A stretch of DNA of 63,809 nucleotides, filler included, from Octopus bimaculoides (lineage: Eukaryota): the NCBI RefSeq assembly GCF_001194135.2. It is 6 parts of 5 records of this genome, joined end to end, with 100 filler letters (N's around TTAATTAATTAA, not from the genome) between each part and the next. Parts side by side here need not be neighbours in the genome. Positions count along the whole stretch, not along the records: positions 1 to 28,263 come from NC_068984.1; positions 28,364 to 32,076 come from NC_068983.1; positions 32,177 to 57,360 come from NC_068989.1; 3 more parts are not named here. One strand, 5' to 3'. Each line of letters begins with the position of its first letter. Position 1 is the stretch's first letter. Shown here piece after piece: positions 25,153 through 37,850 of the stretch. Both the position numbers and the translations under genes were made by a program. The notes under the pieces are model-generated. The model was not told the DNA's origin, did not search any database, and saw only the letters and a list, made by a program, of their open reading frames with translations.

Positions 25153-26399
25153 ATGTGAGCGCATATTGATTTCTTTTGATCTGATAATGTGTTAAATTCT
25201 GTAAACTTTTTCGCCCCACTCAATTTAATCGACTACATAATATCACTTCACCATTAACTTGAAACAGGAATTCGTACTAACTCGTCACCCTTTCAAATTC
25301 TTCGTTGCTCCGCATGCAACACATCATCAAATGCAGCAGACATATGTTCACTCTTGCACATGTTAATCGTTAACCAGATGACGTGGCATAGTGTAATTAT
25401 CATTAGATGTAGGATCAAGGTCACTTGGATACAAGACTGCAGACACGAGCACACTGCGACGATTGATTGACGCACTGTTTTTATAAATTGGGCTCTCTTT
25501 TTAATAGCGCTCATATAAATATATGCGTATGTGTGTGTGTGTGTGTGTGTGTGTCTATATGTATGTATGTACGTATGTATAAANNNNNNNNNNNNNNNNN
25601 NNNNNNNNNNNNNNNNNNNNNNNNNNNNNNNNNNNNNNNNNNNNNNNNNNNNNNNNNNNNNNNNNNNNNNNNNNNNNNNNNNNNNNNNNNNNNNNNNNNN
25701 NNNNNNNNNNNNNNNNNNNNNNNNNNNNNNNNNNNNNNNNNNNNNNNNNNNNNNNNNNNNNNNNNNNNNNNNNNNNNNNNNNNNNNNNNNNNNNNNNNNN
25801 NNNNNNNNNNNNNNNNNNNNNNNNNNNNNNNNNNNNNNNNNNNNNNNNNNNNNNNNNNNNNNNNNNNNNNNNNNNNNNNNNNNNNNNNNNNNNNNNNNNN
25901 NNNNNNNNNNNNNNNNNNNNNNNNNNNNNNNNNNNNNNNNNNNNNNNNNNNNNNNNNNNNNNNNNNNNNNNNNNNNNNNNNNNNNNNNNNNNNNNNNNNN
26001 NNNNNNNNNNNNNNNNNNNNNNNNNNNNNNNNNNNNNNNNNNNNNNNNNNNNNNNNNNNNNNNNNNNNNNNNNNNNNNNNNNNNNNNNNNNNNNNNNNNN
26101 NNNNNNNNNNNNNNNNNNNNNNNNNNNNNNNNNNNNNNNNNNNNNNNNNNNNNNNNNNNNNNNNNNNNNNNNNNNNNNNNNNNNNNNNNNNNNNNNNNNN
26201 NNNNNNNNNNNNNNNNNNNNNNNNNNNNNNNNNNNNNNNNNNNNNNNNNNNNNNNNNNNNNNNNNNNNNNNNNNNNNNNNNNNNNNNNNNNNNNNNNNNN
26301 NNNNNNNNNNNNNNNNNNNNNNNNNNNNNNNNNNNNNNNNNNNNNNNNNNNNNNNNNNNNNNNNNNNNNNNNNNNNNNNNNNNNNNNNNNNNNNNNNNN

Positions 26400-26460
<61 letters not shown>

Positions 26461-27066
26461 AGGAGCCTAAGAGATCTGCAAGGTGTAGATGTGGGAAACG
26501 TTCAAAATGTATCTGGACAAATTTCTATCCGAAATCTCAGATGAGCCCACAACACGGCAGGAGGCACAAAGAAGAGCAGCTTCGCCTAGCTCGCTGCATC
26601 AAAAACAGTACCGGAAGGAGACCCGAAATCACTGAAAGGTGGTGCCCCACCATGGCTCCAGCCTCGGGATGAAACCAGTATAAGATTAAAAGAGTTTCTA
26701 TATATCTTAGCAAAGGACTGCCCTAGCGGCGATTTTCTGCTTAGACATTCAATTCTGAGCTTGATTAGACATTCAATTCTGATATGTTACGTCCAATTTT
26801 CCTTCATATCCTTTATTTGTCTAATAGTACTCACTCGTTCAGTAAATGCTTTCTTAATCTCTCTTTTAAACAAATTCAGAAGTAGATCGTCTCCTGCATG
26901 GTCGTTTAATTTGCAAGAAATAGCAAGGATCACGATGGTATAGTTTAAGCCCTGTAGCATACCAAACAGCCATACCAACAAATCCACCTCTAAATTTTGA
27001 TTGTCTTTTGCAAATTGTGTGGGAATCTCTGGAAAATTTCATTTTATTACAAAATATTTTACCCTC

Positions 27067-27470
27067 AAATCACATGGTTCTGAGTTTAGTCCCACCGCAT
27101 GGCACCTTGGGCAAGTGTCTTCTACTATAGACTCGGGTCTACCAAGCCTTGAGAGTGGATTCAGTAAACTGAAAGAACCCGTTGTGTATATTATGCCTGT
27201 GTTTGTATGTTATGTGTGTGTATGTGTGTACGTGTGTGTGTGCGTGTGTGTGTGCGTGCGTGAGTGTGTGTTTGCCCCACCAACACCGCTTGACAACCGA
27301 TGTTGGTTTGTTTACGTCCCTGTAACTTAGCAGTTTGGCAAAAGAGACCGATAAAATAAGTACCAGGCTTTTAAAAAATAAGTACTGGGGTTAATTCATT
27401 CGACTAAAAATTCTTCGAGATGGTACCCCAGCATGGCCGCAGTCTAGTGAGTGAAACAAGCAAAGCAAAA
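27067..27470 (+). mobile_element. SINE family A (OR2-like), near full length
   Basis: CACATGGTTCTGAGTTTAGTCCCA..GGCACCTTGGGCAAGTGTCTTCTACTATAG; internal (GT)n; GCTTGACAACCGATG..GTAACTTAGC..CCAGCATGGCCGCAGTC. Confidence 0.9.
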
Positions 27471-27632
27471 AAGAAACAAGTTAACAAATTCCAGAAGGAC
27501 AGTTTTCTGTTAGTCACTGAATGATACTGCGATTTCCAATTAGTGTAATTTTTCTGATCTGTTACGTCTGATTTCCCTTTGTATTCTTTATTTCTCTAGA
27601 AGCACTCACTTGTTCAATGAATAAATTTAGAA

Positions 27633-28039
27633 TACTCTTTTACTCTTTACTCTTTTACTTGTTTCAGTCATTTGACTGCGACTATGCTGGAGCACCGAAT
27701 TTAGTCGAGCAAATCGACCCCGAGACTTATTCTTTGTAAGCCTAGTACTTATTCTATCGGTCTCTTTTGCCTAACCGCTAAGTTACGGGGACATAAACAC
27801 ACCAGCATCGGTTGTCAAGCAATGCTAGGGGGACAAACATAGACACACAGACATACACACACACATATATATACATATATACGACGGGCTTCTTTCAGTT
27901 TCCGTCTACCAAATCCACTCACAAGGCTTTGGTCGGCCCGAGGCTATAGTAGAAGTCACTGGCCCAAGACGTCACGCAGTCGGACTGAATCCGGAACCAT
28001 GTGGTCGGTAAGCAAGCTACTTACCACACAGCCACTCCT
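27633..28039 (-). mobile_element. SINE family A (OR2-like), full length, young-looking
   Basis: A-box-like TGGCTGTGTGG and B-box-like GGATTCAGTCC in the head; central microsatellite; 3' tail (AGTAAAAG)n. Confidence 0.92.
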
Positions 28040-28230
28040 AGTGTTAAAATTTATGAAGAAACTATGTACTATGTTGACTCAGCCTTTTAAATATCTTGGT
28101 TTCATCATATAAAGACATATCAGAAGATTCCGTAACATTCCATGACAGTGGAATGCGCACTTAATATGTACAGGTAAAAATCATATTGAAAGACTCACCG
28201 GTTCATCTTTTCTGTCGATACACAGACACT

Positions 28231-28263
<33 letters not shown>

Positions 28264-28363
28264 NNNNNNNNNNNNNNNNNNNNNNNNNNNNNNNNNNNNN
28301 NNNNNNNTTAATTAATTAANNNNNNNNNNNNNNNNNNNNNNNNNNNNNNNNNNNNNNNNNNNN
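28264..28363. other. Scaffold-join spacer (44 N + TTAATTAATTAA + 44 N); also at 32077-32176, 57361-57460, 60297-60396 and 62087-62186
   Basis: An identical 100 bp construct occurs five times, always inside N runs; it is an assembly marker. Confidence 0.95.
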
Positions 28364-28669
28364 ATATATATACACCTGAATACATATTGGTGTGTGTGTC
28401 TCTGTGTGTGTATATGTATATGTATATGCTTACATATACATACACATGTGTGTGAGTGAATACATACACACACATACATGTGTTTTTGCGTAGACATATG
28501 TATATGTAGTTATATGTGTATATCTGTTCTGTTAATATTCGTTTGTGTCCGTGCCTGTGTATGCACATATGTGTGTGTGTTTGTGTGTGTGTGTTTGTGT
28601 GTGTATGTGAGTCTGCGTGTATATCTGAATGGTGTCGGTCTACTTTACGTACACCTTAATGTTAATGAC

Positions 28670-29147
28670 GTATTGTTGTTCTTGGTGTTCTTGTTGTCGT
28701 CGTCCTCGTCGCAGTCGTCGTCATTTTGTAGATGTTGTTCCTGTTGCTGTGATCATCAGACGATGACGACGACGACGATGACAGCAACGATGACGACGAC
28801 GACNNNNNNNNNNNNNNNNNNNNNNNNNNNNNNNNNNNNNNNNNNNNNNNNNNNNNNNNNNNNNNNNNNNNNNNNNNNNNNNNNNNNNNNNNNNNNNNNN
28901 NNNNNNNNNNNNNNNNNNNNNNNNNNNNNNNNNNNNNNNNNNNNNNNNNNNNNNNNNNNNNNNNNNNNNNNNNNNNNNNNNNNNNNNNNNNNNNNNNNNN
29001 NNNNNNNNNNNNNNNNNNNNNNNNNNNNNNNNNNNNNNNNNNNNNNNNNNNNNNNNNNNNNNNNNNNNNNNNNNNNNNNNNNNNNNNNNNNNNNNNNNNG
29101 AGGTTTTGGTACTGGTGGTGGTGGTGGTGGATGATGATGATGATGAT

Positions 29148-29178
<31 letters not shown>

Positions 29179-29679
29179 AGGAGGAAGAGGATTATAATTG
29201 GTAGTTTTTTTTCTGTATTGCTACTGTTGATGTTGTTGTTATTCTTCTTCTTTCGTCTGAGGCCAACCTTATTGAAACAGACTCTCCAGCCGTGACATTT
29301 GTGTCTTTTATTCAATGTTTCTGTGATCTCGTTCTTCATTTATTTTGTTTTCATTTTTTTTTGTTTTTGTTTTTCAAAGACGGTTGAAGAGTTATATGGA
29401 GGTATTTGGTGACTATTTCTAACAGATCATGCGGCCTTGTGGAGTATCCCTCTTTAATTTGCGTTACGGCTGTTTCTGTTGTGGTTGCTGTTGTTTTTTG
29501 TCGTTGTTGCTGCGGCTGTTGTTCTTGCTATTGTTGTTGATGTTCTTGATGTTGTTAATGTAGTTGTTGTAGTTAATACCGATAATGTTGTTCCTGTTGT
29601 TGTTACTGTTAAAAACATTGTTTTACTGATGTGATTCACATTGGTAATGCAACTTCTGCTGCTGCTGCTAGTGCTGTTG

Positions 29680-29711
<32 letters not shown>

Positions 29712-29823
29712 GGTGGTGGTCGTCGTCGTCATGCTGTTGTCATTGTGGTTGTTGTTTTTGTTGTTTTTGTTGTTGCTGCTGCTGTTGTTGCCTTTGTTGT
29801 TGTTGTTGTTGTTGTTGCTGTTT

Positions 29824-29858
<35 letters not shown>

Positions 29859-29890
29859 GCTACTGCTGCTGCTGTTGTTCTTGCTCGTGT
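28670..29890. repeat. Compound trinucleotide low-complexity tract (GTC/GAC/GAT/GGT/GAG/GTT/GCT) with an internal gap
   Basis: Seen directly; the source of the poly-N/T/L/V ORFs in the track. Confidence 0.9.
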
Positions 29891-30238
29891 TCTTATTCTT
29901 GTTCTTGTTTATGTCCCCCACTCTAAGCCACACTGTCTGTTCAGGAGACAAATTGTTTACTCTGAGATAAATGAGGAAATTCCAATCCGAACGAAAAACA
30001 ACCTCGCATTTCCTCCTTCCTCCCTCCCTCTCTCCCTCCCTCCCTATCCCTCCTTTTCCATCGATCTATCTCTCTCCCCTTCTCTCTCTTTTTCTCTCCC
30101 CTTCTCTCTTTCACTCTTATCTATCCATCTATGTCACTCATAATCCATTCACACAACATCAAACACACTACGTCTTTTTTTTTGTTTTTTGTTGTTTTCA
30201 AGAACATTTCCAAGACAAAGTATACAGCTTGATGATAG

Positions 30239-30290
<52 letters not shown>

Positions 30291-31045
30291 TATCAGCAGC
30301 AGCAGCATCCTCACCAACACCAGCACATTCAACTAATATCTAAAGAGAGCACGTTGCTTCGTGAAACACTGGCGTATATTTATTATATTTTATGGTTTAA
30401 AACAATGCTGTATTACAAATCCCCAGTTATTAATACTGATGCCATCACGATTGTTCGTTATGTTCCTTTATTGTAAATATGATTTCAATCAGGCTAATGT
30501 GTACGTCTGTGTTTGTCTGTGCATGCGTTTGTGTGTAAATGGTAGGTGTGCATGTATGTATGTATGTATGTATGTATGTATGTATGTATGTATGNNNNNN
30601 NNNNTATACATACAACTTTTTATACGCCGATACATCCAAAACATCAGTGTATCTACGTGTGTATGTATATGTTTACGTATTCATTTCATACCACTCGGAC
30701 ATTCTTAAAGCTTCAATTGGCTTCACTTGACTTCTTTCAACTTCAAATAGCATATATAATCGATCGGACTTTAAATATATATTAGCGACGACCAACTCAT
30801 ATCCAATGCAGCTTCTACAGTAACAAATAAACATACAGACGAATACAGATAGTCACACAGTCTAAAACGTTCTTGGAGGATCTGACATAAATATTCTCTT
30901 GGATTCTTTCTGACAACTTAATCCGAGTCTAGAAATTTTAAATGGACGTCGTTACTTATAGCTGTTTGTGTATTTTTTTTTGTTGCTTTTTTTTCCTGCC
31001 TTCTTTATCGTATTGAAACTTTACTGAAGCCATTTTACCACTTTC

Positions 31046-31111
<66 letters not shown>

Positions 31112-31131
31112 NNNNNNNNNNTCTCTCTCTC

Positions 31132-31181
<50 letters not shown>

Positions 31182-32176
31182 CCTCTTTCTCGTTCCATCG
31201 ACCATTATTTTCTAGATTGACAGCAGCCCTCCTCTTCATGAAAGCTCCTCGCGCATAAGCATATTTATGTTTGTAGGTAGGTATATGTTTATATACGAAT
31301 GCATATATGTATGTGTCTACGTATAAATATATACATGCGTGTGTGTGTGTGTGTGTGTATGTGTGTAGGTAAATGTGTGCGTGTGTATACATACACACAC
31401 ACGAACACATTTACCTAGATGTAAATATATTTATACTTACGCATATTATTCTATTTGTTGCGTATGAAGTTATTGTTTTTGTTGCTGCTTTTGCTGTTGT
31501 TGTTGGGAGTGTGTTGGAATGAGCGTAAGGTGGGCGTAGTGAAATGGGCTGGGAGAGGTGAANNNNNNNNNNNNNNNNNNNNNNNNNNNNNNNNNNNNNN
31601 NNNNNNNNNNNNNNNNNNNNNNNNNNNNNNNNNNNNNNNNNNNNNNNNNNNNNNNNNNNNNNTATTACGTGTCAAAAGTGAAACAATAACATCTATATTG
31701 TAATGTGATATACTATTGTTTCACTTTTTTCTTTTACTTTTAATTCTAACTTTAATATTGCTTCACTTTTATTCTTTCACTTTTAATTCTAATGTGATAA
31801 CACTAAGAACATTTTATTTTACATATTTACCGTTCGATTACCAGCTAATAATTATCGTAACAGTTGTAACGTTACAAGGTATTTACAGTTACATATTAAG
31901 CCTTAAATTAACATTTAATACATGTGCTTAATCTAAATATATATAAAATTCTTTGTCTGTCTGTAATCACAACAGCGACAAGGTAGGTACGTGGTCACTT
32001 TTCTTTAGCGAACCTGCTGTAGTTTCATGTGTATATACATATATACATATATATACATATATACATACATATATATNNNNNNNNNNNNNNNNNNNNNNNN
32101 NNNNNNNNNNNNNNNNNNNNTTAATTAATTAANNNNNNNNNNNNNNNNNNNNNNNNNNNNNNNNNNNNNNNNNNNN

Positions 32177-32215
<39 letters not shown>

Positions 32216-32417
32216 CTATTTTCACCATACATACGCATAAACATACGTATATGCACAGAAGAACTACACTAAGCGTTGATAATTCGTGAAGTATCGTAAA
32301 CTAAAAGTGTTTATTTTTAACAAATGCATATTTTAGATTCAGTCTGTAAAGTGGACCCTGTGGATAAAGCTAAGATTATTTTCTTTCTTTCTTTCTTGGT
32401 GGACACAAAACGTTTAC

Positions 32418-32456
32418 TCTGACCAGTTTCAGTTTTTATTTGCATTTCATCAGAGA
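32418..32456 (-). ncRNA. Degenerate minimal hammerhead-like motif (Penelope-type)
   Basis: The minus strand reads tct-CTGATGA-aatgcaaataaaaact-GAAA-CTGG-TC-aga. The core is intact, but stem I is only 3 bp, stem II is unpaired, and stem III is one mismatch from the ACCGGT palindrome. Confidence 0.3.
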
Positions 32457-33267
32457 TCGATTAATCATTTCCTGAATAGAAATGTTAACAATATGTTAGC
32501 ATTAGCTTATTGTTATTTATAGTATACGCATGCTGTCACCGTGTATATAGGTGTGTATTTGTACTAAGGTATATATTTTCACTGATCTAAAATTGCCAGC
32601 ACAAATATTTCTTCTACTATTAGTGACCCGGCCTTCCTTGGCAATATGTCAAACACACATGGTTTTGTATTAATAAATTTTCAAAATTTTCTCAAGCCAT
32701 GCTCTCTGGGGAAAAATTATCAAGAGGCTTTGCACAAACAGTCTAAAAATATAAATGATTATATATTTTCTTTTCATTTTCTATTTCATTTCTACCCACT
32801 GACACTAAATATTCTGCAGCTATTCTTATTCATTGAAAATTAATCAATACATAAGATGCACATTTCTTTTACTTATTCAATATTCTTCTCCACTTGAATT
32901 ACATTTAATGTTTACTTATTTTTACATTTGCTGTTCAGTTTTGTTTTAGTAAATGTGAAGTATTTGTTCAAAATTAAAATAAGCACTTAGTTATTGAAGT
33001 TCTAATACACTTTAAGTTTCCAGACTACTTTAATATAGTTGACAATTTACTAACACGTCAGAAATATTCTGATGGATTGCGTTAGAAGATTGGCAAAATA
33101 TTTATATTATTGGTAGAAATTACACTGCGCAAATATAAATTAACGCTAAACAAACAAATAATTATTGTGCAGAATGTATATTTAACGTGAGATACTATAT
33201 ATGTGCATAATTGTGGAAGAAAATTTGTTCAATGCATTTGTTGGAATATATCAGGTTATATGCACGC

Positions 33268-33332
<65 letters not shown>

Positions 33333-33541
33333 CCCATCTACCCATCTATCTATTTATCTGTCTGTTTGTATGTATGTATGTATGTATGTATGTAAGTATG
33401 TTTTGTTTACCTCTTTCTCAGTCTCTCTCTGTCCCTCCCTCTCTCTTTATCTATCTATCTATCTTTCAGCCTCTCTACGTACCTATTCTCTATCTGTCTA
33501 TATATGCATATATATTCTTATCTCTATCTTTATATCTCCCT

Positions 33542-33625
<84 letters not shown>

Positions 33626-34374
33626 NNNNNNNNNNNNNNNNNNNNNNNNNNNNNNNNNNNNNNNNNNNNNNNNNNNNNNNNNNNNNNNNNNNNNNNNNNN
33701 NNNNNNNNNNNNNNNNNNNNNNNNNNNNNNNNNNNNNNNNNNNNNNNNNNNNNNNNNNNNNNNNNNNNNNNNNNNNNNNNNNNNNNNNNNNNNNNNNNNN
33801 TGTATGTATGTATGTATATATGTATGTTTAAATGTGTATACATTCATTTATAAACTTCTATTTGTGTCCGCGTGTTTGTGTATGTGTGTGTCTGTGTCTG
33901 TGTGTGTCTGTGTCTGTGTGTGTCCGTTACCTGTCATCAATACGTTTATCTATTCATGTATATATATATATATATAAGCACACATGAGCGTAATAGCTTA
34001 TATGATTGGTATTTCGTCCACTCACTGATTATTAGTGTATCAAAATATTAATTAAGACGGCGATTTCGCAGAATCTTCACACGCGCCAGAGAAAATTCTT
34101 AGCAACATTTCATCCAGCTTTACTATTCTAGTTGAGATTGAGCCAGAAGACAAACTTCTGTTCTACTCTACTGTCTGAATATCTAAGTGCTTCAGTTGGA
34201 TAGAAGGGGAAACAACTGCTGTCTGATGATGTTCATTGGGGTAGAAAACACAGTCTTACCTTTTGGTAAATGGTGAGTTAATTTTGAGAATTCTTACGAC
34301 TTCAGATTATATCCGCTCCTTACACGTGCATACATATGAGCACATATAAACATATATACATAATACATACATAC

Positions 34375-34436
<62 letters not shown>

Positions 34437-34862
34437 GTATATATATGTACATACATACATACCTATNNNNNNNNNNNNNNNNNNNNNNNNNNNNNNNNNN
34501 NNNNNNNNNNNNNNNNNNNNNNNNNNNNNNNNNNNNNNNNNNNNNNNNNNNNNNNNNNNNNNNNNNNNNNNNNNNNNNNNNNNNNNNNNNNNNNNNNNNN
34601 NNNNNNNNNNNNNNNNNNNNNNNNNNNNNNNNNNNNNNNNNNNNNNNNNNNNNNNNNNNNNNNNNNNNNNNNNNNNNNNNNNNNNNNNNNNNNNNNNNNN
34701 NNNNNNNNNNNNNNNNNNNNNNNNNNNNNNNNNNNNNNNNNNNNNNNNNNNNNNNNNNNNNNNNNNNNNNNNNNNNNNNNNNNNNNNNNNNNNNNNNNNN
34801 NNNNNNNNNNNNNNNNNNNNNNNNNNNNNNNNNNNNNNNNNNNNNNNNNNNNNNNNNNNNNN

Positions 34863-34893
<31 letters not shown>

Positions 34894-35437
34894 AAAATAC
34901 ACACATACACACGCATACACACACAAATGCAAAAAAATTAGTCTGGTGACAGTTGATCGACAAATTATTTTCCACGATAAGAAATCTGTTCGAAATGAAA
35001 TGTGGTTACAGAAAAAAAAAACAAGAAAAAAAAAACGAAAAGTAAACAAAAAACCCATATCTTAATACCTTTCTCTTCAACATCTTCCTGTTTATATATT
35101 TCCGAAATTTTCTTTTCGTCTCCGTCTCCACATCCTTCTCGGCCTCCATCCTTTTTCTCTTTCATCTTTTTCATCCCTTTCTACTTATATATTCCTGAAT
35201 TACCTTCCTCCTGGACGTAAAGATTCTCTTAGTCATATTTATAAATAATACACGCAGAGAAAGGATAACTATTGGCGGACTGTTTATATCGTCGTTGGCA
35301 AAAAGTTGGCATCCTTACAAACAGCACCTCTCTTCCGAGAAATAGCTACGCAAATGATAAAGCTTCCTTAATCCTTCAACGCTGAGTCATAAAACATTAA
35401 TCCACAATATCTACTTTATCATTTGACTTTGTTTCGT

Positions 35438-35640
35438 TTCTTTGTTTCAGTCATTAGACTGCGGTGATGCTGGGGCACCACCTTGGAGAATTTTAGGAAG
35501 AATAAATCAACTCCATTATCTGATTTTGTTTCGCGAAATCTCGTACTTATTCTATCGGATTCGTTTGCCGAACCACAACATCACGGGGATATAAGTACAC
35601 TAGTATCGGTTGACAAGCGATGGTGGGAGGACAAACACAA
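35438..35640 (-). mobile_element. SINE family A, 3' half
   Basis: TTTGTTTCAGTCATTAGACTGCGG..GCTGGGGCACC..GTACTTATTCTATCGG..TTTGCCGAACC..GGTTGACAAGCGATG. Confidence 0.85.
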
Positions 35641-35691
35641 ACACACACACACATACACACACAAATACATACATACATACACCGCACACAC

Positions 35692-35729
<38 letters not shown>

Positions 35730-36046
35730 NNNNNNNNNNNNNNNNNNNNNNNNNNNNNNNNNNNNNNNNNNNNNNNNNNNNNNNNNNNNNNNNNNNNNNN
35801 NNNNNNNNNNNNNNNNNNNNNNNNNNNNNNNNNNNNNNNNNNNNNNNNNNNNNNNNNNNNNNNNNNNNNNNNNNNNNNNNNNNNNNNNNNNNNNNNNNNN
35901 NNNNNNNNNNNNNNNNNNNNNNNNNNNNNNNNNNNNNNNNNNNNNNNNNNNNNNNNNNNNNNNNNNNNNNNNNNNNNNNNNNNNNNNNNNNNNNNNNNNN
36001 NNNNNNNNNNNNNNNNNNNNNNNNNNNNNNNNNNNNNNNNNNNNNN

Positions 36047-36325
36047 TGCACTCGCGGTCGGACTATCACGGTTTCGATTCCCAGACCGGGCGTTGTGTGT
36101 GTTTATTGAGCGAAAACACCTAAAGCTCCACGAGGCTCTGGCAGGAGGTGGTGGTGACCCCTGTTGTACTCTTTCGCCCCAACTTTCTGTCACTCGTTCT
36201 TCCTGTTTCTTGAGTAAATCTGCGATGGACTAGCATCCCGTCCAGCTGGCGGTGGGGGGGGGACACATACGCCATAGAAACCGGGAAACTGGCCCATGAA
36301 CCTGGCTAGGCTTTAAAATGCGTAT
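36047..36325 (+). mobile_element. SINE family B variant with a V-domain-like core
   Basis: B-box GGTTTCGATTCC; the 5' body is shared with 41911-42107; then CTGCGATGGACTAGCATCCCGTCCAG (36220-36245) and GAAACCGGGAAAC..GGCCCATGA. Confidence 0.8.
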
Positions 36326-36400
36326 AAATAAAAAAAATATATATCTATATATACACATGTGTATATGATTCTGTGTTTTTTTTTGTTTTTGTGTTTATAC

Positions 36401-36575
36401 AGTTTCGGTCCCACTACTCCCGTTTACGGTCGGTATTGATTTCTCGTAGTTCGGCATAGGCACCGATAGAGGAAGTACTGGTCACATAAAGCCTTGGGCT
36501 TGGTTTGTTCGACTACTCCATCCATGTTGGTGCTCCAGCAAGGCCGCACTATAATGACTGGAGCAAACAAAAGAG
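36401..36575 (+). mobile_element. SINE family A, diverged 3' half
   Basis: GTTCGGCATAGGCACCGATAG..AAGTACTGG..GTTCGACTA..GGTGCTCCAGCAAGGCCGCA..ATGACTG. Confidence 0.7.
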
Positions 36576-36745
36576 AGAATAGACAGAAAGTTGAGCCCAA
36601 GACAATAAATCTGGAGAGTTTTTTTTAAACGGTATCATTGATCTTATTTTCTTGGGCATGGATAAATTGAAAGCATACCGAACGGATTTCAAAATTTATA
36701 AAGACATCAGGATTTAAAACTTAGCAAAACTATTTATCTAAATAT

Positions 36746-36935
36746 TTCAAATTTCAGCACAAAGCCGGTAATTTTGGTGGAGGGGTGAGTCGATAACATC
36801 GACCCTAGAGTTCAACGGGGACTTATTTTGTCGACCCTGAATGAATGAAAGGCAAAATCGGCCGCGGTGGAATTTGAACTCAGAACTTAAAGAGATATGA
36901 AATGCCTCCAACATTTCTGCCATCTTGTCGCCTTC
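36746..36935 (-). mobile_element. SINE family C
   Basis: GCACAAAGCC..GAGTCGATAACATCGACC..GAAAGGCAAAATCGGCC..GGAATTTGAACTCAGAAC..GTCGCCTT. Confidence 0.85.
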
Positions 36936-37556
36936 GCTTACCAAAATATTATAAGATATTTCCCTCCTGGCTAAAGTAATATTGCCAATTTTCTGGTATA
37001 GTAATAATTTAAGTATATGACGGGAGTTACTAACACGAGATTACGTTAATCTTGTAACATCACTTACAATGTTTTGAAGGGTATCTGAGGAATTAATTAA
37101 TTTATCATTAAAGTGGTAGTTTATACGTAATGTTTGTACATGAACTTATTGATCGATGATCAGTCTAAATAAACTAACGGAGAGCAGATGAAATCACCAC
37201 CAGATTAATTCAGTGTTCCACTCAAACGACATTAAAGAAGACTTATTCACGCCATTGCGCGCGTTAGCACAGACACACACGGACACACAAGCGCGCGGGC
37301 GGACATACACATCATACACACACGCACACATGCACTCACTCACTTACGCATACACTCACGCACACACACACAGGGGCACAAACATGCACACACGCACGCA
37401 CACATGCACTCACACATACGCAAGCACACACGCACACATTCACATACATATACACGCGCATACTCATGTACACACATACGGACAAACGCACACGCACACA
37501 CACATAAACATACACACATACATGCACGCATACTCACACCTACACACATACACACA

Positions 37557-37850
37557 CTGGTACTCCATCGGTTGCGACGATGTTTGTTCCAGTTGATCCG
37601 ATCAATTGTCAAGGGATGTTGGGGGGGGGGACAAACACAGACACACACAAGCATGTACACACATATACATACATACATACATATATACAACGGGCTTCTT
37701 TCAGTTTCCGTCTACTGAATCCTCTCAAAAGTCTTTGGTCGGCCCGATACTATAGTAGAAGACATTTGCCCAAGGTGTCATGCAGTAGGACTGAACCCGG
37801 AACCATGTGGTTCGTGAGCAAGCTACTTACCACACAGCCACTCCTACGCC
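37557..37850 (-). mobile_element. SINE family A 5' part (37606-37850) joined to a family B 3' end (37557-37604)
   Basis: Family A head AGGCGTAGGAGTGGCTGTGTGGTAAGTAGCTTGC on the minus strand; GTACTCCATCGGTTGCGACG..TTCCAGTTGATC matches 41735-41775. Confidence 0.85.

Noticed and set aside
28308-28319. TTAATTAATTAA recurring five times inside N runs
   Set aside because: It is always embedded as 44 N + 12 nt + 44 N, so it is a scaffolding spacer, not biology.
29454-30143. Poly-Asn/Thr/Leu/Val ORFs (also 57572-59043)
   Set aside because: Trinucleotide repeats open in several frames on both strands; no flanking coding signal.
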